Below, piece after piece: positions 52,301 through 64,000 of a DNA stretch of 64,000 nt (its first letter is position 1; the number at the start of each line of letters is the position of its first letter). Source of the DNA: Mytilus trossulus (taxonomy: Eukaryota); NCBI RefSeq assembly GCF_036588685.1, contig NC_086384.1, positions 48,918,001-48,982,000 of the forward strand. The letters run 5' to 3'. A program made the position numbers and the translations under genes. Below the pieces are notes generated by a model. It was not told the origin of the DNA, made no database searches, and was given only the letters and a program-made list of their open reading frames with translations.

Positions 52301-52734
52301 CGTATCAAAACAGTTGATCATAATCATAGTAAAAAAATATTCAAACTTTGTTTATAACCAGTCAGTTATATAATAAATTGAAGAACCCCCCCCCCCCCCC
52401 CCCTCAAAAAAACAAAACAAAAAATTTTAACATGTTAAATATATATTATACATGAACATTCATTAGATTATTTTACAAAATCTCGTCTCTGTGTGCTAAG
52501 AACTACTCATGAAATTAATTTTTCATGCATGGAACAGCTGGCCACATTCGGACCATTTAAATAATATATTCAATAAAGTTTTAATTTGCTGAGAGCGTTG
52601 ATCCATAAAATATACTCTATATGAAAATGAAAAGTCGATCATCGATATTAACATTTTGTTTACAATATAAATCCACGCTATGAAACTGTATTGTTTAAAA
52701 TACTTGAGTTATTGGTATGATCTTCTGTACTACC

Positions 52735-52935
52735 GCTCTCATGGTTTCGTGTGAGGGTGTGTGTCTCGAGGGCGGGAGATCATTTGTTCGAATTCCGACC
52801 GAATCAAACAAAGACGTTTAAATTGGCATTTACTATTTCACCGCTAAACATGTGGCATTATAGAGTAACTGCACAGACTGGTCGGTTCTGAACCGAAAAT
52901 GAGTCCGGGTCGGATGACTGTTTTTTTTCTGCGAA
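52735..52935 (+). mobile_element. Decayed tRNA-derived SINE (Meta-domain-like)
   Basis: B-box-like GTTCGAATTCC followed by aaagacgtttaaattggcatttactatttcaccgctaaaca..gcatta; resemblance from memory. Confidence 0.45.
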
Positions 52936-55900
52936 CTAAACATATAAAGTAACCCTCCACAGTTAGAAAATGAAATTAACAATGAACCACAAAATGTTTT
53001 ATCATCTGCTATTCCTGGATTTCTTATACATTCTAATACATAAATCTAACTGTTTGTGTTTTTCATGTGCATATGTATGTAATCAGAATCGTCCATAGAT
53101 TGTGTTTTCAAAGGTCAATTGAAATGTAATCCATATTTTGTGTATCTATGGCAACATTCTGCATTTATTTACCATATAGTATTTCAAATAAGGGAGTTTA
53201 AAAGTCACATACCCCACAAAATTTGGGTTAAGCTAGAATTTCAATGCCTTTGAGTGATACCTTTTTAGAAACTGTTGACATTAATCTTCCTAATAATCAT
53301 ATGAAAATGGGTGTCTTTCGCCTCATTGTTTCGTAAAATTTAATCACAACTTAAGTTAAGTTCGTGCTACAAAAAGTTGGAAAAAAGCATTACAATAATT
53401 GCCGGACCAATGACCAAATGTGTATATTTGGTATGGATATGCAAATACGGACTGTCATACAGAAAACATCCTATATTACAGACATTAAATTATCATGATT
53501 TTCAAATAAACCCAATATGAAGGCTATTTCAAACCTCAGCTACCAAAAATTAAAAGTTCTTGCACACTAGCTCTCATATTTGAAAAATCCAAAGAGGGCC
53601 AATTGCGAAACTAAACACCTAACTATGGAGTGCGAGCTAACATACGTTCAACAAAAACGGATAAGCGTGTCAGTCTATTAAAAAGCGGGATAAATACTCA
53701 TATTATATTGACATGTTATCGTCCTGAATATTCATTTTATCAGCCACTAGTCGTCATTCATTATCGTCATTTATCTTACCTTTATAGAATACAGTGAAGA
53801 GTTTCTCTTTTATAGGTTAATATTACAACTTCTTAAAATTTTACAGATCAAAATTAAAATGGGGCCGGTGAACGTTTTAAACCAAATACTTGTACTTGTT
53901 AGAATTTTTTTTTATAGAAAATAATTTTAAACCAAATGTGCCTTTTGGAAAATATATATTATAATTGACGGTAGATATTAAATTAAATAAAATTGAGAAT
54001 GGAAATAGGGAATGTGTCAAAAATACAAAAAAAAAACGACCATAGCTATAGAACAGACAACAGCAGATGGTATACTCCGTATAACTATTGTTTGGTCATG
54101 GGGTGGTTTTGAGATTATTATTCTGTATACATTGAATACAATTTTTTTTTCTGGTATTAATTTTTCGATTTTATGACTTCTATTTTAACAGTCTGAGGTG
54201 TAAAGTTATAAATCTTATAAAAGATGAGGGTAGCGTTTGCCAATTGCCATCAATATAATTTCTACCGATTCAACTAAACAAACGTAAACAATTTCTAAAA
54301 ATATATTACAACACGTCTTAGATAAGTACATGTAGAATATATGTCAGAGTTGATTAGTATATAAACAATTCGTATGTGTCTGTAGTTAATCAGTATTCTT
54401 TATCTTTTATATATTAATCATCTGTCAGTGTTTTGAATTTTTTTAGCTGTGTGGCAACATTTCATCTGAAAGTAATTAGTTTCTAAAATTAGAATTAGGT
54501 TGCTTTAAATAACTTTGAAATGTTTGATATATAATTCAAGTATATCTAAAATAGTTGTAAAGCAAATACACTTTTGTTTTAACGTGTCCGAAAAAACAAC
54601 TCAATGAAATTTATAGATTGTATTGTTTGTCAGGTATTGGCTTTTCATCTTTAAAGTTAAAGTTTTTTTTTATCCTTTCCAAAATAACTTTTGTCGGACT
54701 TTTCTTGAATTGCGTATTGTAGTGCATTTACTTTTCTACATTGGCTAGAGGTATAGGGGGATGGTTGATATCTCATAAACATGTTTAACCACGCCGTATT
54801 TCTGCGCCTGTCCCAAGTTAGGAGCCTCTGGCCTTTGTTAGTCTTGTATTATTTTTATTTTAGTTTATTGTGTACAATTTGGAAATTAGTATAGCGTTTA
54901 TTATCACTGAACGTCTCCAGATCCAAAAAATCGTTGATGACATGACGGTCATATGACCAAATTATGCCTAAAAGCTGACACGAATGACGTTCAGCCAATC
55001 AGAAGACGTGTTACATCCAAATTTACTCCATATGCTAATTGAATATACTAGTACTGTAACTATAACAGTCCTGAATATTATACACTTAAAACCGACCACA
55101 GCAACACTTGTAAGAAATGCACAATTCGGAAATTCCTGTATGGAACGAAACAAATCAAATTAAAAACTTAAGGAAGAAATGTTTTTCTTCCATGGAAGGC
55201 CATACTAATCTTAATAGGGATGTTAATGCAGGATATATGGAACAACGTTAAACTGTGTTTTGAAATATAATAAGTCTTTTGATGATTTTCCGAAAAATAT
55301 CGCAACAACCGATAACTGATACAATATAAATATAACCTACATTTGTGCTTTATCTATTTATAATTTGTTTTAACCTAAACATTAATGTAATGCTACAGCC
55401 GATGATTGATACATAACAATATAAATAAAACCAACATTAGTTTTGTACTCTGTAGACCTATAATTTGATTTAGGGACTGATGATTTTTATTACCTGGAAA
55501 AAGGGAGGCTTGGGGATGGTCATTGTGAAATAACACATATAACATATTTATTGATCCCCATAAAATTTATTTTTTATTTTTATTTGACCCCCCCCCCCCC
55601 GTAAATAGTTATCAAAGGTACCAGGATTATAAAACATTTGAAAATGGGACCCCTCTATAAAACCCTTATTTCTTTTTTTGGGCTAGTTGGCGTCTCAGAG
55701 TCATCATTTGTATCAATAGTCATCTGTTTTATGTAGAATATTAGAAAATGTATTGGAAAATTATTTTCTTCTACATACATTTACAAACTTTATCCTTATG
55801 CAGCTCTCACTCCCAGATACAATATGAAAGGTACCTTAACTTACAAAATAATGTATAAAAATAAACTACATTAATTTTGTACTTTATCGATTTATAATAT

Positions 55901-56569
55901 GTTTTAACCTGAATAATAACAATGTTTTCACTTGACGTTTTGTTTTTGCATCATTTGATATAACCTAATTTTTTTTATTCATTACAAATATAATTTCCAT
56001 CAAACATCATATAATCAGATTCCCCAATACTACAGGTTTACCTATTATATGAGGTGCAGATTTTATAGATATTCTTATAAGATAATTATAGATAGCCATC
56101 TGTCATAACCTGTTTTACATATATATCTCAGCTACATATACAATGATCAGCAGTTAAAGCAAACAATTTGTAAAGTTATAAAAGAAATATATATATATAC
56201 ATACAAATAACAGCACAGCAATGTTCGATCTGTAAATTTGCGTTGTGTGTGTATTCATAATTGAAAAGGTTTATATTCAGGTTAAAACAGTGCATTCTGG
56301 AGGTCATGATCCTAATTTTAAAAATGTTGTTTATAGTAGATGATACCGCACAAATTCTATAAATGCACGCACAGCAAAACACGACAAGTATTATCATGGT
56401 ATTGAAAGACGAACTATGTATGGTACTGAGTTTAGGCATGTGTTCTGTTGTTTTAAGTTCACCTGCAATTATCAAAGACGTAATCCAGTTTCTGCTGAAT
56501 GAAATAACCCAGCTAATGTTTAATGTGTTTAATGTTCTTTAGAAAGAAGAATTGGTTAAAAGGAACAAA

Positions 56570-57347
56570 ATGTGGTTGAATGTTTTAACTGTTCTGTCAT
56601 TTATCTGTTTCGGATTTTTATTAGATGTAAGTTCTGGGAATGCTGAATCAATGGATGCTGATCTTGTGAAAAAAATTAACCATGTTAACGACAAATTGGA
56701 AACCATGGTCAGCAATTACCACGAGCTTCTTAAAACAGTTCGAGATGACGGACTTAAACTTGATTCTCTGATTAAACAAAACCAAACTTTAAATCAAAGG
56801 CTTAACAATACTGTGGACAAAATGGAGAAACTAGTTACAAATGAACAATTCTTAAATCTAACGATCCAGGCATTACAAACACTTACCTCAGAACAACAAC
56901 GTGCGATAAATGAAGAAAAAAACATGTCTAAAAAATTGACAAGCAATTACAGCGATCGTCTGTTCAACGTAAATCGCGAAGTTGAATTTCTGAAAAAACA
57001 AAACCGTTATTTAGAACGAACGCTTAATATCACTGTGGAAAAAATGGAGAAGTTAATGTCAGAAAAGGAAACATCAAGTTATAACATTGAGAATTTACAA
57101 AACATTACTTCACAACAAAAACATGAGTTAAAACAAGTAGAAAATAAATCCAAAGAATCGACGATTTCCATAGGATTCTCTTTGACTTTATTGAATGACG
57201 AATTACAGGAACTGACAAATTCCACACGTATTGGCTTTAAAAATGTAAACGGAAAAATTTTAAAGGAAAAGAAATTGCTGAGAACAGAAATGCAGAATTT
57301 TGAGAAACGGATTAAACAAAGGATTAACAAAAAGCTTGAAAAAATAG
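56570..57347 (+). CDS. First coding exon of a secreted coiled-coil protein (C-terminal domain not found in window)
   Basis: Acceptor ttctttag at 56541-56542, ATG at 56570, signal-peptide-like MWLNVLTVLSFICFGFLLDVSSG, ~230 aa heptad-rich region with N-x-S/T sequons, phase-1 donor G|GTAGGT at 57347/57348. Confidence 0.75.
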
Positions 57348-57860
57348 GTAGGTGTATTTTGGGGATTATGTGAAGAGACCCTTATAATAGTTTATACTTT
57401 TTGACTGGATATGAGTGGAATATTGATTTTGTTGTCCCCCGAGGTGCAGCCATTGTAATGAGGCGTTAACTCACTATCCCACGAATATTCAGTCAGTTAG
57501 TGCCTACTTATACCGAAAGAGAAAACAGAAATAAATGTCGGGGCTTAATTAACTAGAAAAAGGAAGATGTGGTATGAGTGCAAATGAGACAACTCTCCAT
57601 CCAAGTCACAATTTATAAAAGTAAACAATTATAGGTCATGGTTCGGTCTTTTACACGGAGCCTTGGCTCAATCCTAACAGCAATTCATAAAGCCCCTCCC
57701 CCCTCCAAAAAATACTAGACCCATTCAAACGGGAAAACCAATTTTTTTTTATCACTATAAAACATGATAAACGAGAAACACTTATGAACCTGACTGTAAT
57801 ATAAAAAGCAGAAACACAAACAAACTGTTAATCTTCCTAATATAAATTGTGAATTCTTAT

Positions 57861-58620
57861 AAAATTGAGAATGGAAATGGGGAATGTGTCAAAGAGATAA
57901 CAACCCGACCATAGAAAAAAACACAACAGCAGATGGTCACCAACAGGTCTTCAATGTAGCGAGAAATTCCCGCACCCGGAGGCGTCCTTCAGCTGGCCCC
58001 TAAACAAATATATACAAGTGAAGTGATAATGAACGCCATACAAATTTCCAAATTGTACACAAGAAACTAAAATTAAAATAATACAAGACTAACAAAGGCC
58101 AGCGGCTCCTCACTTGGGACAGGAGCAAACATGCGGCGTGGCTAAACATGTTTGTGAGATCTCAACCCTCCCCTCTACATCTAGCCAATGTAAAAAAATC
58201 AACGCATAACAACACCAACATTAAAATGCAGTTCAAGAGAAGTCCGAGTCTGATGTCAGAAGATGTAACCATAGAAAATAAACAAAATGACAATAATACA
58301 TAAATAACAAACGACTACTAGCAGTTAACTAACATGCCAGCTCCAGACTTCAATTTAACTGAATGAAAGATTATGATTTCATCATATGAACATCAGGCAC
58401 AATCCTTTTCGTTAGGGGTTAAGTATCATACCATCATAACATATATGAGAAGAACATAACCCGTTTCATGCCAACGACTGTTTTTTTTAATAAATGTGTT
58501 TAGTTCCGATGCAAAGACCCTATAAGTGAATCAATATTAATGCCAAAATATGCAAACTGTAATGACCTGACAACAGCATCGTTATTATATCCCTTCTTAA
58601 TAAGTCTATTCAAAGGTTTA
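57861..58620 (-). mobile_element. 3' end of the same Penelope-like family, opposite strand
   Basis: KPLNRLIKKGYNNDAVVRSL..SLHRN* matches 23940-24065, followed by the same 3' non-coding tail. Shorter tail fragments at about 54700-54910, 53990-54070 and 61820-61860. Confidence 0.75.
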
Positions 58621-58804
58621 AGACTACATCCTTCACATAGGTGAAGCGTGATATCGTAACTACTGCAGTATTCCAAACATCCTCCAATCCTGCACCTCAT
58701 TTGAAATCCGCGTAACAAAATGGTGCTTGCAATCAAATAGTTTCATAGAGCTCCAATAGTATTTAAAAGTGTAACTTGTAACTTAAAGTAGAATATATAT
58801 ATAT

Positions 58805-59405
58805 AACAATAACATCTTCATGCCTTATATATCATGTACTGTAGTACGCCGCTAGATTAAAACTGACTTGGAAAGGTAACACATGCCCACCGAAGGCTCT
58901 TTTTTTTAGAGCCCAGGTGGTCGTGTGGTCTAGCGGGACGGCTGCAGTGCAGGCGATTTGGTGTCACGATATCACAGTAGCATGGGTTCGAATATATATA
59001 TACAACTCGTCTAAACATCAACCCAGCAATGTTAGATCTGTAAATTTGCTTTCACAAATTTTTGGTTCTTCCCTCCAACTCGTCTAAACATCAACCCAAC
59101 AATGTTAGATCTGTAAATTTGCTTTCGCAAATTTTTGGTTCTTCCCTCGCCGGGATTCAAACCCATGCTACTGTGATATCGTGACACCAAATCGCCTGCA
59201 CTGCAGCCGTCCCGCTAGACCACACGACCACCTGGGCTCTCAAAAAAAGAGCTTTCGCTGGCCATGTGTTACCTTTCCACGTCAGTGTTAATCTAGCGGC
59301 GTACTACAGTACATGATATATAAGGCATGAAGATGTTATTGTTACAGATCAGCTAAATTATCTATAGTAAAGGATCCTTCAAATTAATGTAAGATACAGT
59401 CACAG
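58805..59405. mobile_element. Second locus of the same tRNA-headed unit: fragments in both orientations separated and bounded by (TA)n
   Basis: 58805-58992 is the reverse complement of part of the 40127 unit. 58999-59405 matches in the forward sense, with a ~77-bp internal duplication. Confidence 0.8.
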
Positions 59406-60406
59406 TATATATATACATGATATATACATAAACATAATGTTGTTATAATAACAACCTGAGGTGATCACATACGAACAAAGATACCAGGTATCCAGGGCTA
59501 TCACCTGGACAGTGACTAAATATTACGGATGATAAGGAGTAAACGATTACTGGGTACTCGCTTGGAAGGCCGAGTACTCGAATACAGTTTAAGTACTCAG
59601 ATACTCGTTTGTCCTATAGTTCGGTTGAAATGTTCCATTAGTAATACTAAATAAAATGAATTAACAACATAATTATGTATGTTCTGAGGATACTATTTGT
59701 TAAATAATGATGATCCCAGCAACGTCTTTCCCTTCCGAGGGAATGTTTTCATGGTCACTACTTGAAACAAAAAAAAGTTTTTTTACCAGATCATATTTCT
59801 ATCTATACAAGAACAAAGTGACCTGCGGTAAACTCTACGCAGCTAATTAGATACATTTGTAACGGTGTTTGTACACAGATCAACACGTTCCTGAATTAAT
59901 AATTAACCCATTAAACGCGGTGATAACTTACCTTTGTTTGTTAATCAAGACTTCTATATATGTGAACGTGATTGGTATGATATGTACATTTAAATTAATT
60001 TAATTACTCTGTATGTGTAACAAATAAAAACAGAGGATCAAGCCTTTGTCATAGTACGTTGGTCTTTCGTTGATATATGCATGAAAGGTTATAACAAAAA
60101 ACACTGCATCCCAGAATTGCAGAATGTATTGACATGTAATTTATACAATAATAAGCCTAAAAAAATCACATGTTGAACCTTAAATCTTCTGTTCATCAAA
60201 TTTGAAAGCGGACAAGAAGCAAAAAACATTTAAATGTAAACATGTAAACATTTGACGCCGGAAGCATACATATGACGTCCCCTAGTTTAGGGACCAAAGA
60301 AGCTAACATCTTTTCGCGTAATTTTCTTAAATAAAAATTTGAGACTGAAAAGAATATTGAAAATAATTATGAAGTTGTTTTGCATTAGAAAAGAGATACA
60401 TGTAAC

Positions 60407-60537
60407 TATTGTATTTGAAGCTTTGCGGACGTCCATCGGTAGTTTTACTGTCGTAGATACCCGTTTACCTGTCTCCGCTCGGCGTCGCCAGATAAATTAA
60501 ATTTGCGATGGACGTCCGCAAAGCTTCAAATACAATA
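60407..60537. repeat. 131-bp hairpin element with perfect 32-bp arms
   Basis: tattgtatttgaagctttgcggacgtccatcg ... cgatggacgtccgcaaagcttcaaatacaata. Confidence 0.8.
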
Positions 60538-61899
60538 CAGTTGTCTCGTAAGTATCAATTTATTAATTCGATAATTCAGTTAAGTTATTGTTGTAAAAGT
60601 TTCGCGCAGAAATTTAGTATAAACGTTCAGTTAATAGAACCCCCTATTTCACTTTTTCAAAATTTGTGGACCCATTTCAAAATATAAACAAAAGGGAACT
60701 TATGTTAAATAAAGCTTGTACGTGGCACGGGGGAATGGGCGGTGTCATTATTTGTGTGCTGCTGAATATAAAATAAAATTCCCCTTTCATTTATTGCCGA
60801 AGACCAAACATCTGATCCATGTTATAACTCATATGTTTATATAGAAAGTAATCCACAACCAACCCCGTAGTATAGGAAATATTGGATATGGCATATTTAA
60901 ATGTGGTATACGGGACGTTTATTTGTAGCAATCAATTGGTATGACTGTTCCTTTGGGATTTTGGATATTGCTAAAAGTTATGCATATTGTTATAAATGAG
61001 CTATATAAATAAACAGGTTTTGTGTTTACACACACAATACCATCGAAAAGCTTGACGATGCATTTATTATTTTTCAGTTACTATTTTCCAATAAAGAAAT
61101 TACGATTATCAAACAAGAAAAATGCCGGCCGTTGAATTACGATTGTTATACCGAATTTTTCGACGTAAATTTTCTAACCGCTTAGACAATTCGTTTGGTA
61201 AATGCCACAACCTCGTTACTAAAGAAAGTCACATTTTCACGACGTGAAAAAGAAAGTTCAACATGCTGTAAACAATGCAAATTTTATCATAACTGCATGG
61301 ATTAGAATATATGTTGTAAACATCTTAACAAACTATATTATGAATCAATTTCCAAGCCGTAACCCATTATTTAAAGCATACTTGATCATTGCAATCTATA
61401 ATTGGATTGGCTTTTCAAAAGTGCATTTTTTTTTTATTAAACAACATTTGCCAAAAAGTCGTAAGTTAAGTTAACTTTGAATGAAATCTTAATTAAGAAA
61501 GTGCTAGAAAATAGTTTTTCACTATAATTGGTTTTAACATTTCATATATTAATATTTTTTTCTTTAAATTTTCCGCCACAAATTTGTAAAACAAGTTAAT
61601 TCATTTTGGCATTAAAAGTTTAATTTTCTTACAAAATCAAGAAAACAAGTAAAAAATATGATCAAATAAAACCAAGTTTATCATTGAATTATGTTATTCA
61701 TAATTCAATCGGATAACAAGTTGAAGTCATTGCAGTAGCAGACATTATTACTGAGATTCACGCTAGCGTCTATATTGTATAAATGTCACTACATCTACTT
61801 AACCTACACTAAGGTCAGAGTCTCCTGACTTGGGACAGGCGCAAAAATTGAGGCGGGGTTAATATATTTCATTCACAATCAGAGTCAATATCCTCCTCT

Positions 61900-63860
61900 T
61901 CTACATCTGGACTAGAAAAATAATCTTTAACCTTAACATTTGATGACGGTGATTTATAATATTCGAGGTATTCAACTGGGATGATTTTTGTTTACACAAT
62001 ATTAGAAAATCTGTCTTCTTTGCTGCAGATATAGGCTGTTTTCCACTGTATTTTCTGGGTAATTTTATTATCACTATTGGCCTTCCATTCTTGCTCATTT
62101 TTACACACGTCATCTTTCTAAAACTCTCATCAGATGCTTATTTGAATGATATGTAGTCGGTACCGTAACCACTCAATATTAAGCCAATTCACCTTCTCAT
62201 CAGCTGTATCTTTCTTGGTAAGTTTCATGTGGTTTTTTTTTTGGACTTCCTTGAAATCATAGATATCTTCGTATTGCGGTTGAATTGTGGAATAAGGGTC
62301 CTTCCTTCTTGCCATTCTAAAGACAGTTTTCCATTGCTGAGGAACACATATTTCTGTGTTTTTCTTAGCGATTTCTATTGCAGAATGCATACTGTCACAT
62401 TCCATTTGGGTGTGACCACTTTAAAGAAATGTATGGTCAATAATTTTGATGTTGGGTAAAGTTGTGGCAGCATACATTCAACAAGTAGCAGTGAATTAGT
62501 TTCGATTTTGACCAGAACAACAATCTGAGTACAAAATAACATGTTTGTTGGTACTATGCCAGGAAACCATTTGCAGATACAAACATGTCGCTATTTCACC
62601 TGATCCCCGTTTTGCATCAGTCTCCGACCAAATATAGCATGATGCGTTTTTTGTTCCAAGGTTATATATGGATACATTGTAGCAACTTAGTTTTGTCATA
62701 TAATAAATCTGGTTAATAAGAGAATGTGGTGTCTGTTAGACTGCCTGTAAGTCAAATGTGGCAACGAACGAGTCATTTGAAGAACTTGCAATGTAGCTTT
62801 TCCTTTTCCTCTCGTGCTGCTTTTTTTCTGCGTTCATGTGCCTTATATTGTAATCTGTCTTTCTCCGCAAGTTTTTCATTTACAACATCTCTATTGTATC
62901 CTACACAAATGTTGCACTGATCTTTTTTTGGAATAGTTGTATTCTCCATTGAATATTTTTCGATAAACAGGTAAGCTAACAATCTTGTTTTCAGGTAAGT
63001 TTTCTTTGTAGAACTCAATATAAAGCTGGCGCATCTTAGTGATATTGAACTCTGAGCCAATATATTTCCTGTTTGATAATGCTCTTGTATAGTGCCCCTC
63101 AACAGCGGGAAAAGATTATATGTGCTGACTTACGTTTTGCATACTTTCATCACTTGTTTATTTATGCGATACATTTTTACCACGTTTATCAGAACCTGAA
63201 TAAACTCCTCTTGACCTATTTTTCATTGCATTATCAAAATAAGACTCTCCTATGTCTAAAGTTTTCAGAACTAACAGTTTACAAACTGTGACCTAGCTGT
63301 CATCTAATTCAAACGAAAAACATCTATGAACGTCACGTTTCCTTTTCTGCTTTCTTTCATCCATGTTGTTTTTAATATATTTTTTTAAATGTCGTTTTTT
63401 AATATTTGCAATTACGTAATCTTCCTTACGTTCATACGTATCCAGAGACCGAATGTGTCAAAAACATGAGATCTTTCCTCCTGGATGATCTTATTGCTGC
63501 ATTTGTATCGGCACTTAGAGCAGTACATTGGTTGTGTTTGTTTTTATTTAAACAAACTTTCACCTCTGTGACACATATTTTTGACCAGAAATTCTTAAAT
63601 CTTTCTTATTTTTTTTCCCATTCTGATGGAGTAGCTTTACGCTTTCTGAAAAGCTTCTTTCTTACTGGAGTTACATAACATGTTGATTTATTTTTTGGGG
63701 TTCCTTTTAGTCTTCTGTTTTTATTTGTTTGCTTATGAGGTCTGGATGTTACCATTTGTTGATTGTAGTTTGATTGGCGTTGCATGACACTCTTGAACAT
63801 GTTGTTGCTTTTGTCTACTTGAAACATGCTATACGTTGGCAGGATTGTGAGTACCAACCT
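61900..63860 (-). mobile_element. Decayed DDD/E DNA transposase, Sola-like
   Basis: Fragmented motifs in order: PKKDQCNIC, FDLQAV, KLSCYNVSIYNL..CYIWSETDAKRGSGEIATCL, YSDCCSGQNRN, GHTQMECDSMHSAIE, KVNWLNIEWL. Superfamily assignment from recalled motifs. Confidence 0.65.
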
Positions 63861-64000
63861 TTACGCAACCATCATAAAGTGTTGGAATGGTGTCATCATC
63901 AGTTATAACATACGACATTAATATGGTGCAAGTGTCGGATATCATGAGCGTAGGAGTTATATCCAAAATAGATTTTTCAGAGCTGCTTGAAAATATTTTA

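Noticed and set aside
52620-52636. IRF/ISRE-like GAAAATGAAAAGT upstream of gene C and kB-like GGAAATCTC near 6990 and 7750
   Set aside because: Short motifs are expected by chance in AT-rich DNA, and the transcription starts are unknown.

Overview
AT-rich, intron-containing eukaryotic DNA, not prokaryotic. The repeat families and gene types suggest a bivalve mollusc, probably Mytilus-like (inference). (1) The minus strand carries a tandem cluster of three paralogous spliced genes with an NLR/Avs-like effector-switch-sensor layout. Each has an N-terminal DZIP3-type HEPN domain with an R-x4-H motif (RNQLAH/RNKLAH). In the two complete copies this is followed by a short linker exon and one large exon encoding an nSTAND3-type P-loop NTPase plus about 11-19 ankyrin repeats. 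Copy A runs off the left edge and looks intact so far; copies B and C carry stops or frameshifts. (2) A 3.0-kb array of 351-bp repeats at 11303-14307 looks like a set of small ORFs but is a retrozyme-type array. Its eight core-containing units each hold a minimal type I hammerhead ribozyme. A second hammerhead family with compensatory stem changes is dispersed through the gene introns. (3) Other content: several Penelope-like RT remnants; a decayed APE-RT LINE with a 2A-like peptide; a 441-bp tRNA-headed Pol III unit in tandem and fold-back form inside (TA)n; a Ginger-like TIR element; MITEs; a Sola-like transposase relic; and the first coding exon of a secreted coiled-coil protein. All calls come from manual reading; no searches or folding programs were run.
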